A stretch of DNA of 63,751 nucleotides, taken from a candidate division WWE3 bacterium. GTDB taxonomy: Bacteria > Patescibacteriota > WWE3 > UBA101185 > UBA10185. The DNA lies in contig JAAZNV010000012.1 in the NCBI GenBank assembly GCA_012798115.1, positions 1 through 63,751 on the forward strand. Direction: 5' to 3'. The number at the start of each line of letters is the position of its first letter. Position 1 is the first letter of the stretch. Below the pieces are notes generated by a model, which saw only the letters and a program-made list of their open reading frames with translations, ran no database searches and was not told where the DNA came from. Below, one piece after another: positions 28,683 through 36,857 of this stretch. The position numbers were made by a program, and so were the translations under genes.

Positions 28683-28729
28683 GGGAGGTACTAGCATCTT
28701 TTTAAGATATTCCAACTACCTCCCAAGAG
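28683..28729 (-). terminator. conserved hairpin element, copy 2 (terminator-like, downstream of the 28791 ORF)
   Basis: Stem GGGAGGTA/TACCTCCC with the same 22-nt core. Followed on the minus strand by GTTTTTT. Confidence 0.55.
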
Positions 28730-28790
28730 ACTTGTGCGTTTAAGTTTTTGGACATTACACACCGTGGTCCTCTATCCCTATCCCTGAGTT

Positions 28791-29345
28791 TTAATATATA
28801 CCATCTCCCTCAGGGGTAGACTCAAATTCATAGCCTAACTTGGCCATGAATTTCACCTCTTTCTCTGTTGGTTTTAACAGAGAAGGAGACACCTCTATGA
28901 TAGAGGCGTATCTTGCTGACATTAATAGACTAACGTCAGCAACTTTCGCGGTTGTTACACCACGAAAGATTTTTTGTTTTCCCTTATCACCTTCATACTC
29001 GGTGACGAGGGCTTTTCTTCCTTCTTTACCAGGAAGCCTTATAAAGGTTCCGGTAATGAGCCCTGAGTGATGAGATGTCCTCACCACTCTTCTATACCTA
29101 TAAATCATTTTCTTCCCCCTTCTGATACATCCAGAAGGAGGATGGTAATTATAATCACTGTCATAATCCCCAATACCGTGTTCACAACTTGGGGAAAAAC
29201 AATCACTGCGACCACATAGATCACAGTGAAACCGCATAAAATTCCCATCAACTTCTCTTTTGTTCTCATTTTTCCTCTTCTCCAAAGGACTGATCTTGTC
29301 CAATGGTTGGTGCATACATATATACGTATGTATGCACACAATCAT
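28791..29345 (-). CDS. hypothetical protein. Alternative model: a 54-aa two-TM peptide (29105..29269) plus a 105-aa protein (28791..29108) coupled by ATGA.
   Basis: 184-aa track ORF. A second open frame gives MRTKEKLMGILCGFTVIYVVAVIVFPQVVNTVLGIMTVIIITILLL, whose stop overlaps the internal ATG at 29108 (tcat at 29105-29108). Confidence 0.4.
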   Translation of the reverse strand: MIVCIHTYICMHQPLDKISPLEKRKNENKREVDGNFMRFHCDLCGRSDCFSPSCEHGIGDYDSDYNYHPPSGCIRRGKKMIYRYRRVVRTSHHSGLITGTFIRLPGKEGRKALVTEYEGDKGKQKIFRGVTTAKVADVSLLMSARYASIIEVSPSLLKPTEKEVKFMAKLGYEFESTPEGDGIY

Positions 29346-30138
29346 TTGGCAAAATAAAAATGAAAATATTTAGCTATTCTTGGGATATTCAATTGTAAAA
29401 GTACTCCTTCTTTCTTACTTACTATCTGGTTTTGGTACTATACTTTTCGTACAGTACCTAATCAGAAAGCAAATGCTTAACGTACTTCTCCTTTGTGTAA
29501 CAGTCATAAATTTACTTACTACAAAGGGTAGGTTTGTAACAAACAAATTAATGTTTATTACTTGTCTTTAGTCTCTTTTTATTTGAGCCACTCTGTACTC
29601 TAAAAGTACCAGATTCTCTAATTCATTCTTTTAGTCATTCCTAAACTTCTTTGCTAAAAGATATACTTGTTAGCAACCGCTTGGGTAGGAAATATTAGGC
29701 TGACATCTACTTAAGATAATTTGTCTTAAGCAAAAATCTGTCTAAGATATCGGTAGGCCAGTTTGAACTCTCTCCTTAAATAAATAGGTATAAAGTACCT
29801 TCAACTTTAGAAAGAAAACAGTGTTCCGTGTATCTTGGGCAGATTTTCACCTAAGAAACAAAATTAGCTCGGTTCCTTTAACCCGAGCTTATACTTTTAG
29901 CTTTAAACCTTATCAACTAAGGTCCGGTAGGAACAAGCTTTGATCATTATATTTTAAATGTTCTCTCTAACTTTCTAAATATATTGTATCTCATAGTTTA
30001 ATATTTGTCAAGTACTTTGACTAGATCTACAAGACATTAATAGAGCTATTATGTACGTTCTATAGAATAATTGTACTATAAGATTATAGGTATGTCAATA
30101 CCGTTGACAGTATATTGGAAAGTTGCTTATATGTATAT

Positions 30139-30942
30139 ATGTCTCTAATTAATGAGGTTCTTACTCAAGCAGGCTTAGATAGCAAAGAAGCATCTGTTTA
30201 CTCCACCCTACTTAATAATGGCGGTCTTACTGTACTAGAGATTGCAAATAAATCTGAGCAAAAAAGAACTAACCTTTATAACATCCTTGAAGATCTTAAA
30301 CAACAAAACTTAGTAAAAGAAGTTAAAGAAGGCACAACTACCAAATACTTTCCTCAGTCCCCCAAGGAAATTGAGAAATTATTAGAGAGAAAATCACAAA
30401 TGGTTCATCATGCAAAACTTAACTACGAAATACTCATTAACTCTCTTCAATCACAATTTACACTCATAGAAAACAAACCTTTGATAACATATCTTGAGGG
30501 TATTAAAGGCTTACATAGACTTTATGAAGACATAAATGATACTGGAGAAGATATATTGTTGTTAAGATCTGCTTACGATGACAAGAGAAAAGACGTAGAT
30601 AATTTAGTGTCTGCACAAATAGTAGAACAAGTCAAAAGAGGAATACATGCAAAAGTAATAGGACCATTAGAAGACATTGAAGAGGCAAAATCACTGTATA
30701 CAAAGTACGACAAGATAAGATTAGTTGAAGAAAGGTATATCAAAAACTTTCCTTTTAATCTACCAGCTCAGGTAACCGTATATGGAACCAAAACTGCAAT
30801 CTCCACGATAAGAAAAGACATTATTATTACAATAATAGATAACAAAGATACTACCGATACCTTTAGAACGTTATTTGATTTTATATGGAAATACTCTACC
30901 CCTGAGCATAACAACATAGTAAAGAACTGGGTGCAGGAGTGA
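30139..30942 (+). CDS. TrmB-family transcriptional regulator
   Basis: N-terminal wHTH LTQAGLDSKEASVYSTLLNNGGLTVLEIANKSEQKRTNLYNILEDLKQQNLV plus a TrmB-like C-terminal domain. ATG at 30139 (the track start is TTG). Confidence 0.7.
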   Translation: MSLINEVLTQAGLDSKEASVYSTLLNNGGLTVLEIANKSEQKRTNLYNILEDLKQQNLVKEVKEGTTTKYFPQSPKEIEKLLERKSQMVHHAKLNYEILINSLQSQFTLIENKPLITYLEGIKGLHRLYEDINDTGEDILLLRSAYDDKRKDVDNLVSAQIVEQVKRGIHAKVIGPLEDIEEAKSLYTKYDKIRLVEERYIKNFPFNLPAQVTVYGTKTAISTIRKDIIITIIDNKDTTDTFRTLFDFIWKYSTPEHNNIVKNWVQE

Positions 30943-30949
30943 GTTAGAC

Positions 30950-33223
30950 CTATCTCACAAACCTTGATTTGATATACCCTCTAAATTTTTCTGCAACCTC
31001 AGGAAAATGATTTGCAACTTCTGGCTTAAATGAAAGTTCACTATGACCACCTTCTGATCCTTCTACAAGCCCCAAAACACGTCCAACACGTTGCGAAGGC
31101 CAAATTCCAGCACTTCTATCAGGTTTCCCTACTCCTATATCTAAAGAAACAACTGTAGGCTTATCTACTTCACCAATAAAATCCCCATAGTCACTTAAGT
31201 CAAGACTAATTCTTGCATTATCCTTAGTTTTTGAATTTGTTACACTAAAATTTATTCTAGCTTCACCGCCCAAAATACTACCTTTCTTTATAGTTGACTT
31301 AGGTCTTATAGAAATTACAATGCGATTTTCTAATTTATCAACCAGTACAAAGGAGGTTGAGGCAGACTTAACTAGGACACCATCTTTATCATACTCATCT
31401 TGGGTCTGCGGCTTTTGCTCAAGTCGTAAACCTGAATCTTCTTCATATACACCCTTTAGAGCTCTTAAAGAAAAGACCATAGTATTCATGTTTTTCAGTA
31501 GTTCCTTTATCGTTATATCTCCACCCTCACCCTTGGCTATAATCTGTGCTGCTTTAAAGAACTCGGCATTTTTTCTCACAAAAGCCTCATACACTTGCGG
31601 AGCAAATTCATAACCAATATCTGTCTCTGTTTGCTTAAAAATTTCTCGCAAACCTAATGCTTCATTTGCAACACAATAAAAATTCTTAAGCACGGCTAAC
31701 TTTTCTTCCTTTTCTAACTTTGAAGTTTCTGCAAAATCAAGTATTTCCTGTCCAGAGCCACCATACTCTAAAGCTAAAAATGACTTAAGTCCATATTCAC
31801 CATATTCTGTAACAAACTTTCTTAGTCGTTCTAGTTCCTTAGTATCTTCTTGATTAGATAGTTTTAAATAATTAAGGAGAAACCACCCTTGCTCATGTAG
31901 ATCAAGCGAATTTAATTTTACTCCTGTACCTTTAAAAAACTTATCGTTAAAAATATTTTCATAGTTCTCCAAGAACAACTGCAGGTATTTATCTCTTTGT
32001 TGCCTTTGTATAGGTGTTTCGTCTGCTTTTGGCAGGAATAACTCCTGCGACATCAACTGACGCACTTCAGTTTGAATCACATCTTCTTTTGAATAAAGAT
32101 TTAGCGGAAAAACCCCTTTAATACTTCCTTCTTCCAGTACTGCCATCAAACCCGAGCTATTTAATCTCCTTACAAAAAAGTCAGGATCGTTGTATTTACC
32201 TAAATCATATAATTTACCAAGGTATTCAACGCCTTTTTCTGTAACACCAACATTACCAAGTTCAAGTCTAAAAAGAATCTCTGCACTCATTCTTCTTGTT
32301 AGAGTGTCATTACTCTTTAGATTTTTCAACAAGTACGGAACGGCATTTTCTGCACCAAGATTTTCAAATGCTTCAACATAATTTCCTAAACTTCCTTCTG
32401 ATCTCACACTTAAGTATTCTGTCAAAAACCTTGCAGCTATTGGTCTTTCTTTTTCACTCCATGAGTAATTAGCAATAGCTTTAACAACAGTAGAGTGAAA
32501 TTTTCTATACTCTGGATCAGCAAACTCCAAATACGTATCTTTGTTGTAGTATACGTCTTCATCATAGTCATAACTAATCTCCCCATACTCTCTAGATAAA
32601 ATCTGCTGGTAGGAACTAGTCTTAACATCAGTAATATACTCGGATGCTTTTTCTATTGAAGGAAATGCAGATGCACCATTAATATTCAACATACTAACAA
32701 CCAACTCAGATGCTCTGTTGAAATACCAAGAGTCAAACTCATACTGCTTTTGTATGTACTCCTCAAGTCTAGTTATTACAGAGGAACGATCTGTAGCACT
32801 GCCACTCGTGCTTAATTTTTCAAGTTTGCTTAATGCAGGTAGAAAAGCCTTGTTCATAAGATAGCAATATGCGCCTGATTCTACTGGTGAGTCATCATAA
32901 TAAATACTCCCCTTCACTACCTTCTTTCCTAGCCAATCCCCCATAAAAAGCTTGTCAACTTGTTGAAGATGATTAAAAACTGCGTCTAATGATTTAGCTT
33001 CATCCAAACTTTGTGCAACTTTTGGTATTACATCAGCATAAGTGTTTTCGACATCCTTCCTTTCCCACTCTGCAATGGAATAACTCTTTTTATCAACAAC
33101 ATTCTCTGGTAATTCCTTCACACCAGGCCATAACTCTTCAATCAAATCCCCGCTTAAATACTCATGTTCTTGACCTTCCTCTACAGGTATTTTGGGTTGT
33201 TCAGTTTCAACGAAATTTGACAT
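30950..33223 (-). CDS. large orphan protein with HEAT/PBS-lyase-like repeat segment, function unknown
   Basis: 757-aa uninterrupted ORF. ENAVPYLLKNLKSNDTLTRRMSAEILFRL is HEAT-like. I found no catalytic motif. Confidence 0.7.
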   Translation of the reverse strand: MSNFVETEQPKIPVEEGQEHEYLSGDLIEELWPGVKELPENVVDKKSYSIAEWERKDVENTYADVIPKVAQSLDEAKSLDAVFNHLQQVDKLFMGDWLGKKVVKGSIYYDDSPVESGAYCYLMNKAFLPALSKLEKLSTSGSATDRSSVITRLEEYIQKQYEFDSWYFNRASELVVSMLNINGASAFPSIEKASEYITDVKTSSYQQILSREYGEISYDYDEDVYYNKDTYLEFADPEYRKFHSTVVKAIANYSWSEKERPIAARFLTEYLSVRSEGSLGNYVEAFENLGAENAVPYLLKNLKSNDTLTRRMSAEILFRLELGNVGVTEKGVEYLGKLYDLGKYNDPDFFVRRLNSSGLMAVLEEGSIKGVFPLNLYSKEDVIQTEVRQLMSQELFLPKADETPIQRQQRDKYLQLFLENYENIFNDKFFKGTGVKLNSLDLHEQGWFLLNYLKLSNQEDTKELERLRKFVTEYGEYGLKSFLALEYGGSGQEILDFAETSKLEKEEKLAVLKNFYCVANEALGLREIFKQTETDIGYEFAPQVYEAFVRKNAEFFKAAQIIAKGEGGDITIKELLKNMNTMVFSLRALKGVYEEDSGLRLEQKPQTQDEYDKDGVLVKSASTSFVLVDKLENRIVISIRPKSTIKKGSILGGEARINFSVTNSKTKDNARISLDLSDYGDFIGEVDKPTVVSLDIGVGKPDRSAGIWPSQRVGRVLGLVEGSEGGHSELSFKPEVANHFPEVAEKFRGYIKSRFVR

Positions 33224-33268
33224 ATTTTACACATTCATACTAAACATCACTACTTAATTGTATATAAA

Positions 33269-33841
33269 CTAAATAACTTCTTTGATAAAGATTCTAATAA
33301 CATCCTCTAACTTATTGGAAGGAATATCAGATAAAGCAACTCTCCAATCATCAATTAATATCTTTAAATCTTCATATAAACTATCTGCAGCATGATTTCT
33401 ATTTTCTATTGTATTTCTACTATCTCTGGAATTTGCAAACAACCCCGTGATTTTATGTTTATACAAAACAGCATTGGCCACTTTGTTTACATTCTGTCCC
33501 CCAGGCCCACCTGCTGAAAATTGACTGTAATCTAAATCTTTTGTTTCAACAAAAGGCTCTCCTAAATCTAAAGATTTAATCAACCAAGAACAGTATTTAT
33601 CTATATTTTTATCATTTACTTCCTTGTTTATATCTTTTGGAAAATGCTCTAGGGATTTGATAATTTTATCTTCTGCTTCTTTTAATCTTTTCTTTTGGGA
33701 GTTAGATATTTCTTCATCTTTTACTGCTTTTAATGTCTTTCCTCCTATACCTCCGCTTTTTCCACCACTTATACTTGTTACTATTTCATCTCCCAAACTA
33801 CTAGCTTCATCTATAGTTAAATCTTTAAAAATAACAGGCAT
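33269..33841 (-). CDS. GGQ-domain protein (release-factor domain 3 / ArfB / PrfH-like) lacking a codon-recognition domain
   Basis: FSAGGPGGQNVNKVANAVLYKHKITGLF...SRNTIENRNHA. About 110-aa unrelated N-terminal extension with GGKSGGIGGK. ATG at 33841. Confidence 0.7.
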   Translation of the reverse strand: MPVIFKDLTIDEASSLGDEIVTSISGGKSGGIGGKTLKAVKDEEISNSQKKRLKEAEDKIIKSLEHFPKDINKEVNDKNIDKYCSWLIKSLDLGEPFVETKDLDYSQFSAGGPGGQNVNKVANAVLYKHKITGLFANSRDSRNTIENRNHAADSLYEDLKILIDDWRVALSDIPSNKLEDVIRIFIKEVI

Positions 33842-33873
33842 ACAAAAATTATAGCAAATGGTAGTATTTTCAT

Positions 33874-34455
33874 ATGGAAGAAAAATATCCACCAAGCAAT
33901 AACGAAAAGCCCTTTGAAGTACCCAATGATGAGAAGCTTAAAGCTGTGAAAGACCCAGTAAAATTTTTAGAAAGTTATAAAAATAGCTCTGAATACGCAG
34001 AAGCATTAAATAAATTTAAATCTGGTAAAGACTCCTCCATTGCAACAGAAGAAGAGTGGAAGGAAGAATTTGAGGAACTTGATTTAGCAAGACAGACATT
34101 ACTTAAATTCTCTCAAAACAATGGAACCATTTTGTCTTTTTCTTCACAATATTACCCCAAAGGGTTCACAGAAGCTTATAATGACTACAGTGGAATGCTC
34201 AAAGATCTCCATAAGGGTAAGTATTTTGGTAAAGAAAGGGACGAAATTATCAAGTTTGATCAGATACGATCCCATTATCACAGTGAAGCTGCAAGTTGCC
34301 TTGTTAAGGCTGGTATAACCAAGTCAATCAAAATAGCAAGAGGTTTGGTAGAGTTAATGACTATTGACCAAAAGCTTGAAACTTTCAATAATGCATTCAT
34401 AGATGAAACTCAAAGAATAAAGTTCCAATTATCTAGTTCTCCAGAGGTATTTTAA
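33874..34455 (+). CDS. hypothetical protein
   Basis: 193-aa ORF divergent from the GGQ gene. No motif recognised. Confidence 0.5.
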   Translation: MEEKYPPSNNEKPFEVPNDEKLKAVKDPVKFLESYKNSSEYAEALNKFKSGKDSSIATEEEWKEEFEELDLARQTLLKFSQNNGTILSFSSQYYPKGFTEAYNDYSGMLKDLHKGKYFGKERDEIIKFDQIRSHYHSEAASCLVKAGITKSIKIARGLVELMTIDQKLETFNNAFIDETQRIKFQLSSSPEVF

Positions 34456-34528
34456 CCACGATCCTATAGTTGACCAAAAGAAACCAAAATGATAGAATTC
34501 TCACACTTAACATACACAAGGAGAGAAA

Positions 34529-34837
34529 ATGGAAATGGAAAGTATTCTCACCGAACTAAAGGATCTTCTTAGGAGTACAAAGGTCCAAGTCCAACTAAAA
34601 CAAGACGTTGACGTTATAGAAACAACAATTATTGGATCTGCGTACTCAATAGAAATTCGCAGAGTACTTGGTGAACAAAGGTACTTAGCACATATCGTTA
34701 AGTGTGGTGTAAGCATAGACAACTTTGATTCCACCAATATAAGAGAGTTAATGTTAGTTTGCTTACAAAGGATTGTAAACCTATTAGGAGGAGAAAGAGA
34801 ACTAATAGAGCAAAACCTTAGACAGCTCATTGAGTAA
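34529..34837 (+). CDS. small hypothetical protein
   Basis: 102-aa ORF with strong SD (AAGGAGAGAAAATG). Confidence 0.55.
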   Translation: MEMESILTELKDLLRSTKVQVQLKQDVDVIETTIIGSAYSIEIRRVLGEQRYLAHIVKCGVSIDNFDSTNIRELMLVCLQRIVNLLGGERELIEQNLRQLIE

Positions 34838-34899
34838 AAAACCAGTGAGCTGTTTTTATTTCCTTTTAAACTTCTAGAAAATAAACTATCATTAACTCA

Positions 34900-36846
34900 A
34901 TGCCCAAATCTTCTTTGTTAAGAAAACAACTCTTTACATTCGTATATCTTTTCTTGTTTGCTTTTATTCCTACTAAAGTTTTTGCGGAAACAACTCCTCC
35001 CGTTACTACCGCCGAAAAAGAACCCCCTGCTCCAAATGGCAAACTTCTTTGGTACGTTACTCCAGTGGAAATAACACTCACATCTACTGACCTTGAAAGC
35101 GGTGTTAAGGAAATAAACTACAAGATAGATAGCAGCAACTGGGCAAAAAAAGACTTCACAGACACACTAAATTTAATATCTAATCCATCATTTGAAATGT
35201 CGGATGAAAATACTCCAATTTATACTAAAGATTGGGCAGTTGGAGTACAAGATCAGTATGTAACTTACTCAAGAGACAGTTTGAACTATAAACCAGGATT
35301 TGCAACAACTTCAATTCAAATATCGTCAACAGGAGGATCTTGGCACTCAATAAACAACTCAGATAACTTTGCCGTTTCTACTTCCTACAACAATATGAAT
35401 GCGTATGCATGGATAAAGACAGAAAGTGTTTCTGGTTCTGCATATTTTAAAGTATATGCAATATCTCAAGATCAAAGTGGTCAACAAACAATAAACTTAT
35501 TATCTACAAGTTCATCTTTAACAGGAACAAACGATTGGACGCAGCTATCATTAAACTTTGTTGTAGGAGTTGATAATGCTATTGGTGTCTATATGGAAAT
35601 AGGTATAGAAGGAGCAGGGACAGTGTGGATGGATGCAGTAAACATAAACAGCTCCTTAGCTCCAACTACCACTTTTACAGTAGCAACAGATGGAGAACAT
35701 ACAGTTCAATATTATGCAGTGGACAAAGCAGAAAACATAGAAAACATCAAAACTACCAGCTTTAAAATAGATCAAACACCACCAGGAAACTGGAGAGATT
35801 CCGGTGCAGTTAGGGCGTTATTCGGTAGTGATCACGAGCTTTATGTTTGGACCCACGTAGATGATACAACATCTGGATTATCAACACTTACTGATAAATT
35901 TCAATACACAACAAGAGTACATGATGGGTTTGGTAGATTCTCAACTTTATACAGTTGTAGCAGCACATGGCAACCAAACACATGGGCAGTACTAGTTAGC
36001 CCACCATTTTTACCAGGAGCATACTCTGCATACCTAATTACACCTAAAGTAGATTTTTGCGATAGTAACTGGAAGATATGTCACTACACTAGATTTTATG
36101 CCGAAGACTTAGCAGGAAATTCTTCCACTAAAGACATGTGTATAAACGGTCCATGGATAAAGGTTAGAGGGAAAGGAATAGTAAGATCAAACAATGATAT
36201 TGACATGATTTCAGAAGCTTACGAGGACAATACAGATGGATTAATAGAAACGAAAGGAAATTTTATAGACTTTTTTAATTCATCCGTTGGCTTATATATG
36301 AACAACTCTGTTAATCCTCCTGATTACGACTACAATAAATTCTTTAATATGACATCAAGTTCAAAAAACCAAATATCAACATCAGAAGATTTAATTTCAG
36401 CAGATGGAATTTACTTTGTAGACGGGGACTACGAGATAACATCTCAAAAAATACCAAGCAATTATTCTAGTGCTACCTTTAATCAAATAGTTTTCATAAA
36501 TGGAAACCTTAGGATATCTAGTGCAATTCAAGTAGCAAATAGTTCAACAGCATTGTTTATAGTAAAAGGAAATGTAGAAATAGCTAAGACAGTAACAACA
36601 ATTAAAGTAGGAATAATTTGTGATGGTTCAATATATACTGCATACAATATAACGGAAGGAGAAGCATCTTCTGCTATCACCATGAACGGAATTTTTATTG
36701 CAAATAAAATAGCTTTTCAAAGAACTCTTCAGGGTACACAAAACGAAAAATATCCTTCTGACGAAATAACATATGAACCTAAATATGTATTAAAACTAAG
36801 AGATTATATAGGTGTGAATGATATCCAATGGCTTTCTACAAACTAA
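34900..36846 (+). CDS. secreted surface protein: signal peptide, two Ig-like (chitobiase/OmpL47-type) modules flanking a CBM4/9-like jelly roll, then a beta-rich C-terminal domain
   Basis: Signal LFTFVYLFLFAFIPTKVFA-ETT. ESGVKEINYKIDSSNW and GEHTVQYYAVDKAENIENIKTTSFKIDQTPP. NPSFE...W CBM-like start. Confidence 0.7.
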   Translation: MPKSSLLRKQLFTFVYLFLFAFIPTKVFAETTPPVTTAEKEPPAPNGKLLWYVTPVEITLTSTDLESGVKEINYKIDSSNWAKKDFTDTLNLISNPSFEMSDENTPIYTKDWAVGVQDQYVTYSRDSLNYKPGFATTSIQISSTGGSWHSINNSDNFAVSTSYNNMNAYAWIKTESVSGSAYFKVYAISQDQSGQQTINLLSTSSSLTGTNDWTQLSLNFVVGVDNAIGVYMEIGIEGAGTVWMDAVNINSSLAPTTTFTVATDGEHTVQYYAVDKAENIENIKTTSFKIDQTPPGNWRDSGAVRALFGSDHELYVWTHVDDTTSGLSTLTDKFQYTTRVHDGFGRFSTLYSCSSTWQPNTWAVLVSPPFLPGAYSAYLITPKVDFCDSNWKICHYTRFYAEDLAGNSSTKDMCINGPWIKVRGKGIVRSNNDIDMISEAYEDNTDGLIETKGNFIDFFNSSVGLYMNNSVNPPDYDYNKFFNMTSSSKNQISTSEDLISADGIYFVDGDYEITSQKIPSNYSSATFNQIVFINGNLRISSAIQVANSSTALFIVKGNVEIAKTVTTIKVGIICDGSIYTAYNITEGEASSAITMNGIFIANKIAFQRTLQGTQNEKYPSDEITYEPKYVLKLRDYIGVNDIQWLSTN

Positions 36847-36857
36847 CTCGTAAGATA

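Noticed and set aside
27733-28729. The two conserved hairpins as integron attC sites (a cassette array)
   Set aside because: The orientation and position after ORFs fit. However, I could not find the R''/R' core sites (RYYYAAC / GTTRRRY). There is no integrase, and each hairpin has a T-run consistent with a plain intrinsic terminator. It is kept only as an alternative to test.
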